Part shown: piece after piece, positions 13,880-23,374 of the stretch
Numbering within the stretch: the stretch's first letter is position 1
How the letters are laid out: every line of letters starts with the position of its first letter
Assembly: GCA_965205655.1 (NCBI GenBank)
Contig: CBDBIJ010000058.1
Location: 64,001 to 128,000 of the forward strand
Direction: 5' to 3'
DNA length: 64,000 nucleotides
Origin: Candidatus Latescibacterota bacterium
Lineage (GTDB): Bacteria > Latescibacterota > UBA2968 > UBA8231
The notes under the pieces: model-generated
The model's database searches: none
Seen by the model: only the letters and a program-made list of their open reading frames with translations
Told to the model about the DNA's origin: nothing
Made by a program: the position numbers and the translations under genes

Positions 13880-15943
13880 GTGGCTCACACCGTCGATCAA
13901 GTTCGCAACCTCGCCCTCACCGGCCACAGCGGCTCGGGCAAGACGACGCTGGCAGAGGCCATCGTGTTCAATACCGGACTACTGACGCGACTGGGACGCG
14001 TGCAGGAAGGCTCGACCGTTTCCGACTACGACAAGGAGGAGATAGATCGACAGATGTCGATCAAGACATCTCTGCTCACCGGTGACTGGAATTCTCATCA
14101 TTTCAACACCATGGATACGCCGGGTTATGCGGATTTCATTCCCGAAACCCTCTCCGCTCTTCGCGTCGCCGACAGCAATGTCATCGTCATCGACTCGGTG
14201 GCCGGAATCGAGGTGGGCACCGAGCGAGTGTGGCGCTATGCCGAACAGTTCAAGCTGCCGCGGATCATCTTCGTCAATAAAATGGACCGACCCGAAATCG
14301 ATCTCGATAAGCTTCTCGGACAGCTGCGGGATCGGTTCGGAAGGCACGCCGTGCCGGTTCAGTTTCCCGTTAATCACGGAGAGGGATTCAACAAGCTCGT
14401 CGATCTGACGAGCATGAAGCTCCTCACCTACAACGACGGCAAAGCAGAAGAGAGCGATGTCCCGACCGATCTCGAGGCAACGACGAGCCAACTTCAGGAG
14501 CAACTAGTCGAGGAAATCGCCGAGACCGACGAGGCGCTCATGGAGCAATACTTCGGCGACGGACTGAGTCCAGGGCAACTGAAGGAGGGCCTGAGCACAG
14601 CGGTGAAGTCACTGGAGATCTTCCCCGTACTCTTCGGTGATGCCTTCAACAACGTCGGTGTCGACCGTTTGCTTGCAGCCCTGGTCGACTATTCACCCTC
14701 ACCGGCCGAATCGGCGGGGCTCCGATTCGAAAACGGCGATGGCGGCGCGGTTCAGCTCGATCCGACACCGGACAGCTCGCTGGCCGCCTACGTATTCAAG
14801 ACTCTTGCCGAACAGCATGTGGGTGAGTTGAGTGTCATGCGACTCTATTCGGGCAGTCTCAATCCGGGAGACGAGGTGTCCAACGCCACGAAGGGCAGTA
14901 GCGAGCGCATCGGCCAGTTGTTCAACCTGAGCGGTCACGAGCGCGCGGAAGTCGAAAAGGCCGCCGCCGGAGATATCGTCGCTCTGGTGAAGCTCAAAGA
15001 CACGCACACGGGCGACATACTGTGCAATAAGGGAAAACCCGTCGCACTCCCGGCTGTGCAGTTTCCCGACCCGTTGATCAGGGTCGCCGTGAAACCGAGA
15101 GAGAAAGGGGGTGAAGAGCGCATGGTCAGCGGCCTAGCGCAGCTCCGCGAGGAGGACCCCAGCTTCATCTTCAGGTATGACGGCGAAATCCGACAGTCTG
15201 TGCTGGCCGCGCAGGGAGACCTGCATCTGGAGACCATACTCAAGCGGTTGCACGAGCGCTCAGGCGTCGAAGTCGATACACAATCGCCCAGGATTCCATA
15301 CAAGGAGACGATCCGAGGCAACGCCGAGGGGCACTACCGTCACAAGAAGCAGACGGGTGGACGCGGTCAGTTCGGCGAGGTGTTTCTGCGGATCAGCCCC
15401 AGCGGCCGAGGCGAGGGCTTCGAGTTCGCGAACGCCGTCGTTGGCGGCAGCATCCCGACAAACTTCATCCCCGCGGTGGAGAAAGGAATTCAGGAAACGC
15501 TTGTGGAAGGCCCGTTGTCGGGATCGAGTGTGGAAGACGTGGTGGTGACGGTCTACGACGGCAAGCATCACGCCGTCGATTCCGATGAGGTCTCCTTCAA
15601 ACTGGCGGCATCCCACGCCTTCAAGGAGGCGTTCCTCAAGGCGAAGCCAGTACTGCTGGAGCCGATTTACAGTCTCACCATCACGGTACCCGGAGAGTTC
15701 ATGGGAGACGTGATGGGGGAGTTGACCTCGAGGCGCGGACGGATCATCGGCACCGATGCAGACGGCCACTTTCAGATTATTCGCGCCGACGTGCCACTGG
15801 CGGAGATCGATCGCTACGCAACGCGGCTGCGTTCCATGACCCAGGGCAAGGGCATCCACACCCAAAAACTGGAACGCTACGAGGAAGTCCCCGCCGACAT
15901 TCAGGGCAAGATCGTCGAGGAGGCGAGCCGCGAGGATGAGTGA
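13880..15943 (+). CDS. fusA: Elongation factor G paralogue (EF-G2 type)
   Basis: GHSGSGKTT, DTPGY, NKMD, HKKQTGGRGQFG, YDGKHHAVDSDE, LLEPI. Lies outside the str operon; G2 is RQMSI rather than RGITI. GTG start after AGGAG. Confidence 0.92.
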   Translation: MAHTVDQVRNLALTGHSGSGKTTLAEAIVFNTGLLTRLGRVQEGSTVSDYDKEEIDRQMSIKTSLLTGDWNSHHFNTMDTPGYADFIPETLSALRVADSNVIVIDSVAGIEVGTERVWRYAEQFKLPRIIFVNKMDRPEIDLDKLLGQLRDRFGRHAVPVQFPVNHGEGFNKLVDLTSMKLLTYNDGKAEESDVPTDLEATTSQLQEQLVEEIAETDEALMEQYFGDGLSPGQLKEGLSTAVKSLEIFPVLFGDAFNNVGVDRLLAALVDYSPSPAESAGLRFENGDGGAVQLDPTPDSSLAAYVFKTLAEQHVGELSVMRLYSGSLNPGDEVSNATKGSSERIGQLFNLSGHERAEVEKAAAGDIVALVKLKDTHTGDILCNKGKPVALPAVQFPDPLIRVAVKPREKGGEERMVSGLAQLREEDPSFIFRYDGEIRQSVLAAQGDLHLETILKRLHERSGVEVDTQSPRIPYKETIRGNAEGHYRHKKQTGGRGQFGEVFLRISPSGRGEGFEFANAVVGGSIPTNFIPAVEKGIQETLVEGPLSGSSVEDVVVTVYDGKHHAVDSDEVSFKLAASHAFKEAFLKAKPVLLEPIYSLTITVPGEFMGDVMGELTSRRGRIIGTDADGHFQIIRADVPLAEIDRYATRLRSMTQGKGIHTQKLERYEEVPADIQGKIVEEASREDE

Positions 15944-16056
15944 TTCGAAGGGGAAAACCTCTTCTCTCCGTTGAGGTTACCCGTTGTTGCCAGGGTTGCC
16001 TGTTGTCAATAGATTTCGAACGACGACGAACCAGGTCCCCACACTGAAATTATCCC

Positions 16057-16803
16057 ATGTCCGGTCACTCAAAGTGGAGCACGATCAAGCGCAAAAAGGG
16101 CGCAAATGACGCTCGGCGCGGCAAGGTCTTCACGAAGTTGATCAGGGAGTTGACAGTGGCCGCCCGCAGCGGTGGCGACGAGGACGCGAACCCCCGCCTC
16201 CGAGCCGCAGCTTTGAACGCGCGAGCTGCCAACATGCCCCACGCCACGATCGATCGAGCGATTCGTCGCGGCACCGGCGAGGAGCCGGGCGCGGTGTACG
16301 AGGAGGCGGTGTTCGAGGGCTATGGTCCCGGGGGGATTGCCATCATCATCGAGACACTCAGCGACAACCACAATCGAACAGTGTCCGAGGTGCGGCACGT
16401 CTTCACGAAGCACGAAGGGAGCCTGGCTGAAAAAGGCGCGGTCGCCTGGATGTTCGCCCAGAAGGGCCTCGTGGAGGTGGACGCGGAAACGATTGGCGAG
16501 GAAGACCTCATGTTGGCTGTCATGGATGCCGGAGCTGAAGACATCCATGACGCAGACGGAGTTCGCGAGGTCATCTGCTCGATCGACAACTTCGAGTCAG
16601 TCAAGGGGGCTCTGGAGAGGAGCGATATTCGATTCAGTCAGGCGTCGCTCGCCTGGATTCCACAGAGTATGCTCGCCGTCGAGGGCAGTCAGGCCGAAAG
16701 AAGCCTGAGGCTGCTGGAGGACCTGGAGGATCTCGACGACGTCCAGAAAGTGTATTCGAACTTCGACGTTCAGGAGGACGAACTGCAGAAGCTGCTCGCC
16801 TGA
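16057..16803 (+). CDS. yebC: YebC/PmpR family protein
   Basis: MSGHSKWSTIKRKKG, NPRLR, EGYGPGG, DDVQKVYSN. Confidence 0.97.
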   Translation: MSGHSKWSTIKRKKGANDARRGKVFTKLIRELTVAARSGGDEDANPRLRAAALNARAANMPHATIDRAIRRGTGEEPGAVYEEAVFEGYGPGGIAIIIETLSDNHNRTVSEVRHVFTKHEGSLAEKGAVAWMFAQKGLVEVDAETIGEEDLMLAVMDAGAEDIHDADGVREVICSIDNFESVKGALERSDIRFSQASLAWIPQSMLAVEGSQAERSLRLLEDLEDLDDVQKVYSNFDVQEDELQKLLA

Positions 16804-16852
16804 GCCGGTTCCCCTCCCCAGGGCGCGCCCACCCTCCCCCTCAACCTCGACT

Positions 16853-17395
16853 TTGATCGTTCTCGGCATCGATCCCAGCAGCACGAGTACCGGGTACGGA
16901 GCAATCGACTGCGACCGCGGCGCCTACCGGCTAGTCGAGTGCGGCTGCATCCGCGCTCGCGCGAAGGATACCTTCGCGCAACGGTTGGCGCTGCTGTATG
17001 ACCGCCTCGGCCGCATCGTCGCTGCGCTCGGACCCGATACAGCAGCGATTGAGAGCAGTTTCTACGGCAAGGATGCAGATGCGGCGGGTAAACTGGGGGA
17101 AGCGCGCGGTGTCGTGCGACTCGCTCTTCAGCACGCCGGGATGGAGGCGGTCCACTACACACCCACCGAGGTAAAGAAGGCGGTGGTGGGGCGCGGCCAG
17201 GCGACCAAGGAGCAGGTTCAGTTCATGGTCGCGCGTCTTCTGGAGCTCGACGAGCTGCCCCGTCCCCTCGACGCCTCAGACGCACTCGGGGTGGCGGTGT
17301 GTCATATCCACCGGGCCAACGTCCTCCCGCATTCGACGCTGACGGCGCGCAAACCGGAGGTCGAAGAGTTGCTCAAGAGAGTCGTGCGCCGGTAG
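16853..17395 (+). CDS. ruvC: Holliday junction resolvase
   Basis: LGIDP, EARGV, VKKAVVGRGQATKEQV, DASDAL; TTG start. Confidence 0.96.
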   Translation: MIVLGIDPSSTSTGYGAIDCDRGAYRLVECGCIRARAKDTFAQRLALLYDRLGRIVAALGPDTAAIESSFYGKDADAAGKLGEARGVVRLALQHAGMEAVHYTPTEVKKAVVGRGQATKEQVQFMVARLLELDELPRPLDASDALGVAVCHIHRANVLPHSTLTARKPEVEELLKRVVRR

Positions 17396-17401
17396 CAGAC
17401 G

Positions 17402-17992
17402 ATGATAACACATCTGCGTGGACAGCTGGTTTCTCGATCTCCGACGCGGGCGGTCGTCGATGTTGGCGGCGTGGGGTACGGTCTGTCGATCTCACTGACG
17501 ACATACGATCAGCTGCCGGAGCCGGACTCGGAGATTCACCTTTTCACCTTCATGTATGTGCGCGAAGACCGACTCGATCTCTACGGATTCGCGGACCGTG
17601 ACGAGCGCCACATGTTCGAGATGCTCATCGGCGTTTCCGGGATCGGGCCGAACCTGGCGCAGACGATTCTGTCGGGAATGTCGGTTGGCGATCTCAAGAC
17701 CGCGATCGCCTCCGAACGGGCGGCGGAGCTGACGCGGGTCCGCGGTATCGGCAGGAAAACAGCGGACAGACTCGTCGTGGAGTTGAAGGACAGGCTGGAC
17801 GCGATAGCGACGAAGGCGAAAGCAGATGAGCCCGGTTTCGAGGTTTCGGTTGCTGATGAGGCCGTCCTGGCGCTCGTCGCCTTGGGATTTCCCGCCCCGG
17901 CGGCCAAGAAGGCGGTGGAGGGCGCCCTGAAGCGCAACGGAGGCGATTTGAGTGTGCAGAGCTTGATCAAGCAGGCCCTGCAGGAGCGCTGA
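17402..17992 (+). CDS. ruvA: Holliday junction branch migration protein
   Basis: [30 protein letters not shown]. Confidence 0.97.
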   Translation: MITHLRGQLVSRSPTRAVVDVGGVGYGLSISLTTYDQLPEPDSEIHLFTFMYVREDRLDLYGFADRDERHMFEMLIGVSGIGPNLAQTILSGMSVGDLKTAIASERAAELTRVRGIGRKTADRLVVELKDRLDAIATKAKADEPGFEVSVADEAVLALVALGFPAPAAKKAVEGALKRNGGDLSVQSLIKQALQER

Positions 17993-19050
17993 TGTCGGAC
18001 CAGGCGATGGAAGAGCGCAGCGTCAACCCACAGCCGGACCCGGAAGATCTGAAGTTAGACCACACCCTGCGGCCCAAGAGGCTGGAGGGGATGCTCGGTC
18101 AGGGGAAGGTGAAAGAGCAGCTGCGCATCGCGATCCAGGCGGCAAACCAGCGGGGCGAGGCTCTCGATCACGTCCTGCTCTACGGCCCGCCGGGCCTGGG
18201 AAAGACGACCCTGGCCCACGTGGTGGCAAACGAGCTAGCCGTCCAGATACACCCGACCTCCGGCCCCCTCCTCGAACGCCCGCTCGATCTGGCCGGTATC
18301 CTCACGAGCCTGGGAAAGCGGGACGTCCTGTTCATCGACGAGGTGCACCGGGTCAACAGGGTCGTGGAGGAGTATCTCTACTCCGCCATGGAAGACTACC
18401 AGATCGATATCATGATAGATCAGGGGCCGCGGGCTCGCTCGGTGAGTCTGGCACTGGAGCCCTTCACGCTCATCGGCGCGACCACGCGTCAGGGTCTGCT
18501 CACATCGCCGATGCTGGCGCGCTTTGGCATTACGGCGACCCTCGACTACTACAGCGTCGAGGAACTCGCTCTCATCGTTCGACGCGACGCACGTCTCCTC
18601 GGGTTCGAGATCGAAGAGGCGGGCGCGGTGGAAATCGCACGTCGCTCTCGCGGCACCGCCCGCCTCGCGAAGCGCTGGCTTCGGAGAGTGCGCGACTACG
18701 CCGAGGTCGAAGGAGACGGGAGAGTTGACGCCGGCGTCGCCGCCGAGGCTCTGAAAATCCTGAAGGTGGACGGTCTCGGGCTCGACGAAATCGACATCAG
18801 ACTGCTGGAGGCTGTTATCGACAAGTTCGCCGGAGGTCCCGTCGGAGTGAACAATCTAGCCGCCGTGATCGGTGAGGAGGCGGAGACGATCGAAGAGGTG
18901 TACGAACCCTACCTGATAAAGGAAGGTTTTCTGCTGCGTACACCAAAAGGGAGACGGGCGACGGCGCGCGCCTACGAGCATTTGGGCAAGCAGGCGCCAC
19001 GTCGCGACGCCGGGGAGCTCAACGGCAGTGAACAGATGGATCTTCTGTGA
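17992..19050 (+). CDS. ruvB: Holliday junction branch migration ATPase
   Basis: [36 protein letters not shown]. Confidence 0.98.
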   Translation: MSDQAMEERSVNPQPDPEDLKLDHTLRPKRLEGMLGQGKVKEQLRIAIQAANQRGEALDHVLLYGPPGLGKTTLAHVVANELAVQIHPTSGPLLERPLDLAGILTSLGKRDVLFIDEVHRVNRVVEEYLYSAMEDYQIDIMIDQGPRARSVSLALEPFTLIGATTRQGLLTSPMLARFGITATLDYYSVEELALIVRRDARLLGFEIEEAGAVEIARRSRGTARLAKRWLRRVRDYAEVEGDGRVDAGVAAEALKILKVDGLGLDEIDIRLLEAVIDKFAGGPVGVNNLAAVIGEEAETIEEVYEPYLIKEGFLLRTPKGRRATARAYEHLGKQAPRRDAGELNGSEQMDLL

Positions 19051-19062
19051 CGCCATGACGCG

Positions 19063-19758
19063 ATGCTGATGCTGGCCATCGATACGTCCACTTCGTCTGG
19101 GAGTGCGGCCCTGCTGGTGGAAGGCCGCGTCGCCGTGGAGCGATTCTTCGACATGGACCGACAGCACTCCAAGAGGTTGATGGTGGAAGTGGATGAGGCG
19201 CTGAGAAGCGCCGATCGCACGGCAGCCGAACTCGACGCCGTCGCCGTCACAATCGGGCCCGGCTCGTTCACCGGCCTGCGCATTGGACTGAGCGCCGCAA
19301 AGGGCCTCTGTTTCGCCGGCGACGCCGCCCTGATACTCGTTTCGACGCTGGAAGCCGCTGCCGCCAGATTGCCATACTGCGCCGATCCCGTCTGCGTGGT
19401 GCTCGAGGCGCGAAGGAGCGAAGTGTACGCGGGACTCTACGATACGTCTCTTGGATACCCCCGGAAGCTGTGGGGACCGGATGCCCTGGCACCCGAGGAG
19501 CTTGTCGAGCGGCTGGCAGATTGCGAAGGGGTCGCGCTCACCGGTGGTGGCGCGACGGTTCACGCCGCGCTTCTCAGCAAACATCCGGGCGCCCGAATGG
19601 CCCCCCCTCACTGCCTCGGGCCCACGGCGGGCGCTGCCGGCTGGCTGGCGACGAGGAAGCTGGCGGCCGGTGAGACAGTCGATCCGGCCAGTGCAGAGCC
19701 TGAGTACGTCAGGCAGCCGGACTACGCGGCAATGCCGCACGCTCAACGACCGGGATAG
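19063..19758 (+). CDS. tsaB: tRNA t6A biosynthesis protein TsaB
   Basis: LAIDTST, GPGSFTGLRIG, EARRSEVY, EPEYVR. Confidence 0.95.
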   Translation: MLMLAIDTSTSSGSAALLVEGRVAVERFFDMDRQHSKRLMVEVDEALRSADRTAAELDAVAVTIGPGSFTGLRIGLSAAKGLCFAGDAALILVSTLEAAAARLPYCADPVCVVLEARRSEVYAGLYDTSLGYPRKLWGPDALAPEELVERLADCEGVALTGGGATVHAALLSKHPGARMAPPHCLGPTAGAAGWLATRKLAAGETVDPASAEPEYVRQPDYAAMPHAQRPG

Positions 19759-19762
19759 GGTC

Positions 19763-20239
19763 ATGGAAATCGCGGAGCTGGAGGGACTGGCGAAAGGGGA
19801 GGACCTGGGCAGAATGGCGCAGATCGAGCGCGCGTCGTTCGCGCAGCCATGGACGATCGCGGATTTCCAGATGCTGGCCGCGGACGAACGCGCACTCAAT
19901 GTGGGACTGTGGCGGGGTGACGATCTCGTCGGCTATTCCATCGGATACATCGAAGAGACCGGCTTTCATCTGGCCAGCATTGCCATAGATCCCCGATATC
20001 GAAGGCAGGGGTGGGGCAGCGGCCTGCTCGCCGAATCGCTGCGCAAAGCAGCTGAACGAGCGTGCCGGAGTTGCCACCTGGAAGTTCGTCGTTCGAACAG
20101 CGCCGCCATCTCTCTGTATCGAAAGTACGGGTTTCAGCTGACGGAGACCCGGCCTCGATTCTACACATCCCCTGTGGAGGACGCACTGGTCCTGCAACGA
20201 CTCCTTCCCGATTTCGCAGAGAAGACATGGCCACGGTAG
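19763..20239 (+). CDS. rimI: Ribosomal protein N-acetyltransferase (GNAT)
   Basis: IERASFAQPW, RRQGWG, LEVRRSNSAAISLYRKYGF, EDAL; follows tsaB. Confidence 0.9.
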   Translation: MEIAELEGLAKGEDLGRMAQIERASFAQPWTIADFQMLAADERALNVGLWRGDDLVGYSIGYIEETGFHLASIAIDPRYRRQGWGSGLLAESLRKAAERACRSCHLEVRRSNSAAISLYRKYGFQLTETRPRFYTSPVEDALVLQRLLPDFAEKTWPR

Positions 20240-21333
20240 TGCTGAAGTCGGTGACCAAGGTGTTTGACAAGAGCGTCGTCGCCGTTGACGAGGCGAGCTT
20301 CGACATCGAGGACAAGGAGTTTGTCGTGCTCGTGGGACCCTCCGGCTGCGGCAAATCGACGACCCTGCGCATGATCGCTGGTCTCGAAGAGATCACCGAC
20401 GGCGAGATCTACATAGACGGCGATCTCGTCAACGACATTCCGCCCAAAGATCGCGACATCGCCATGGTTTTCCAGAACTACGCTCTCTACCCGCACATGA
20501 CGGCGTACCAGAACATGGCGTTCGGCCTCAAGCTGCGGAAATACCCAAAGGTTGAGATAGACGACCGTGTGCGCGAAGCGGCGCAGATCTTGGGTATCGA
20601 TGATCTGCTCGACAGGAAACCCAAAGCCATGTCGGGCGGCCAGCGTCAACGAGTCGCCGTGGGGAGGGCAATCGTGCGCAAGCCCAAGGTGTTCCTGTTC
20701 GACGAGCCCCTTTCGAACCTCGACGCCAAACTCCGGGTGCAAATGCGGACGGAGATCAGCAAGCTGCACACGAGACTGGGGGCGACCATGGTCTACGTCA
20801 CACACGATCAGGTGGAGGCGATGACGATGGGCGATCGCATCGCGGTCATGAACGAGGGCAAGGTGCAGCAGATCGACGCGCCGCTACGGCTGTACGAAGA
20901 TCCGGCGAACCAATTCGTCGCTGGCTTCATCGGCAGCCCATCCATGAATTTCATCGCCGGCAGCATTCTCGATGAGGGCACCAGTCTTTCATTCGAGGGT
21001 GCGGGAGTGCGGTTGCCACTGCCGGAGGTTTTCACAGAAAGGCTCAAGAGTTACGCACGCACGGATGTCATGCTCGGAATCCGTCCGGAGGACATTCACG
21101 ACCCCAGTACACTGGTGCCAGGAAAACAGCTGGCGGAACTGACGGCAAAAGTAGAAGTCGTAGAGCCTATGGGCAGTGAGGTTTTTCTCTACCTGTCAGC
21201 GGGCCCGACCCCCCTTGTAGCGAGAGTCGATCCTCTCCATGTGCCACAGGTGGGTCACAGCGTCCGGCTCGCAGTCGAAGTCGGCAAGGCACACTTTTTC
21301 GACAGGGACTCCGCGGCCAGCCTGCTGGTGTAG
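20227..21333 (+). CDS. Sugar ABC transporter ATP-binding protein (MalK/UgpC/MsmX type)
   Basis: GPSGCGKST, VFQNYALYPHM, SGGQRQRVA, DEPLSNLDA, TOBE-like C-terminus. Confidence 0.95.
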   Translation: MATVVLKSVTKVFDKSVVAVDEASFDIEDKEFVVLVGPSGCGKSTTLRMIAGLEEITDGEIYIDGDLVNDIPPKDRDIAMVFQNYALYPHMTAYQNMAFGLKLRKYPKVEIDDRVREAAQILGIDDLLDRKPKAMSGGQRQRVAVGRAIVRKPKVFLFDEPLSNLDAKLRVQMRTEISKLHTRLGATMVYVTHDQVEAMTMGDRIAVMNEGKVQQIDAPLRLYEDPANQFVAGFIGSPSMNFIAGSILDEGTSLSFEGAGVRLPLPEVFTERLKSYARTDVMLGIRPEDIHDPSTLVPGKQLAELTAKVEVVEPMGSEVFLYLSAGPTPLVARVDPLHVPQVGHSVRLAVEVGKAHFFDRDSAASLLV

Positions 21334-21367
21334 TCCCTCCACATCCGTATAGCCCGGCTCAGACACT

Positions 21368-22456
21368 GTGTCGCTCGACGGAATCACCGGTCAGGACCGG
21401 GCCAAGTCGCAGATAGCAGGGTGGTTGAGGGCCGGGCGGCTTCCCCACACCATCCTGATCAGCGGTCGGGAGGGTGTGGGAAAACGCTCCCTGGCGCTCG
21501 AGCTCGCCAAGGGTATCAACTGCGAGCGGGGCGAGTGGCCGGCCTGCGACGACTGCAGATCATGTATCAAAGCCGCGTTGCTCGAACATCCTGACCTCCA
21601 CGTCCTGCTGCCGCTGCCGCCGGTTCGCGGACGTGCGGAAGTGGCACAGCTGCTGACATCGATGCGTGCAGCCAGCCTCGAGTATCTCAGCTACGAGACC
21701 GACGCTTCCCGCAGCAACCACAATATCCCCGTCGACGTGATTCGCGCTATCCAGCGGGAAATGGGCCACACGCCCACTGGCGGGCCCCGACGAATCTGTC
21801 TCATTTTCGAGGCCGACCGGATGCATCAGGCAGGCGCCAACTCCCTGCTGAAGATACTCGAGGAACCGCCCGGACGCGCCGTCTTCCTACTGGTGTCATC
21901 GGCTCCGGACCGCCTTCCGCCAACAGTCGTCTCCAGGTGTCAGCGTCTCCACCTTCAGCCCCTGACTCGGCAGCAATTGAAGGCGAGTCTTTTGGCCTCA
22001 GGTGCCGAGGAGGTCCGCGCCGAGGTTGGGGCTCGCTTCGGAGCGGGGAGTCTGCAGCGCGCCGGCGAGGCGCTGACTGACGGGTTCGATGAGTGGCGGG
22101 AACTCGTAGAGCGCTTCGTAGAGGCCGCCATTCAGGGCGAAGACGGGGGGTACTGGAAGTTGTTGGACGAGCTGGATGCGACGAAAGACCGAACGCAGCT
22201 CGAGCGGTTTCTCCACATGTGCGGCCTGTACCTGCGAGATCTGTTTCTGATGGCGAACGGCGCAGCGCACGAGGTGGTCAACGCAGACCGAGTCGATCGA
22301 ATGGCTGCGTGGCTGGCCGCAATGGATCGGAACAGGCTCGAGGCAGCCGCGATCGAAGCGGACCGCGCCTACGAGTATCTGATGCAGAATGTCGGCCCGT
22401 CACTCGTGCTTGCCGATCTGTGGCGGGCGCTCAGGCATTCGGAGGAGGCTGCGTAG
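21368..22456 (+). CDS. holB: DNA polymerase III delta-prime subunit
   Basis: GREGVGK, Cys cluster, HPD, ANSLLKILEEPP, TVVSRC. Confidence 0.9.
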   Translation: MSLDGITGQDRAKSQIAGWLRAGRLPHTILISGREGVGKRSLALELAKGINCERGEWPACDDCRSCIKAALLEHPDLHVLLPLPPVRGRAEVAQLLTSMRAASLEYLSYETDASRSNHNIPVDVIRAIQREMGHTPTGGPRRICLIFEADRMHQAGANSLLKILEEPPGRAVFLLVSSAPDRLPPTVVSRCQRLHLQPLTRQQLKASLLASGAEEVRAEVGARFGAGSLQRAGEALTDGFDEWRELVERFVEAAIQGEDGGYWKLLDELDATKDRTQLERFLHMCGLYLRDLFLMANGAAHEVVNADRVDRMAAWLAAMDRNRLEAAAIEADRAYEYLMQNVGPSLVLADLWRALRHSEEAA

Positions 22457-22465
22457 GGCAAGGGC

Positions 22466-23374
22466 ATGTCGAGCAAACCTGAAAGCGGCGGCCGGCTCAG
22501 GCAGCGTGCTCGGAAACGATTCGGCCAGCATTTCCTCCAAGATGCCTCAGCCCTGGCGCAGATTGCGGAGCTGGCGAGATCACCGGAGAGTCACCTCGTA
22601 CTGGAGGTCGGTCCGGGACGCGGCGCCCTCACGACCGAACTCCTGAAGCGACTGCCTCGTCTCGTGGCAGTAGAGATTGACCGCGACTTGGCGGGGACTC
22701 TGGCAGAGCGCTTCGATACCACCGCTTTGCGCGTCATCGAGGCGGACGTCCTCGATCTGGATCTTCAGCGGCTGCTGCGGGAGGAAGGCAAACAGAGGCT
22801 CGTGGTCGTCGGAAACCTGCCTTTCAACATAACGGCGCCCATCTTATTCCGACTCCTCGAGCACGCATCCAGCATGGAACGCGCGGTGCTAACCCTCCAA
22901 AAGGAAGTCGCCAGGCGGGTTGTGGCTGCGCCCGGCTCGAAATCCTACGGCCTCATCACGGTGCTGCTGAGCATGCGGGCCGAAGCGCGAATCCAACTCG
23001 ACATCCCGCGCACGGCATTCCGACCACGACCTCAAGTCGATGCCGCGGTGGTTGAGCTGACGTTCTCCGGGCAATGCCGCTTCCCCGTCCTGAGCGAAGC
23101 GGTCTTCGACAAGGTTGCCCGCGCTGCTTTCGGACAGAGACGGAAGATGTTGCGCAACGCACTTCGGTCACTTGCGCCACTGCCATCCGATGTTGATGCA
23201 ACAGACCGGTACCTCTCCGATGAAGATATCGGCAGGGCGGCCGACAGTTCGGGGATCGACCTGAGTCGCCGGGCAGAGACACTGGCGACCGCAGAATTCG
23301 CGGCGCTGAGCGACGCCCTGTTCGAAGTGGCGCAGGATGCATCCGCGGCGCCTTGCGGGGAGGTCGGCGATTGA
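22466..23374 (+). CDS. rsmA: 16S rRNA m6,2A dimethyltransferase
   Basis: KRFGQHFL, EVGPGRGALT, GNLPFNIT, FGQRRKML, RAETL. Confidence 0.96.
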   Translation: MSSKPESGGRLRQRARKRFGQHFLQDASALAQIAELARSPESHLVLEVGPGRGALTTELLKRLPRLVAVEIDRDLAGTLAERFDTTALRVIEADVLDLDLQRLLREEGKQRLVVVGNLPFNITAPILFRLLEHASSMERAVLTLQKEVARRVVAAPGSKSYGLITVLLSMRAEARIQLDIPRTAFRPRPQVDAAVVELTFSGQCRFPVLSEAVFDKVARAAFGQRRKMLRNALRSLAPLPSDVDATDRYLSDEDIGRAADSSGIDLSRRAETLATAEFAALSDALFEVAQDASAAPCGEVGD

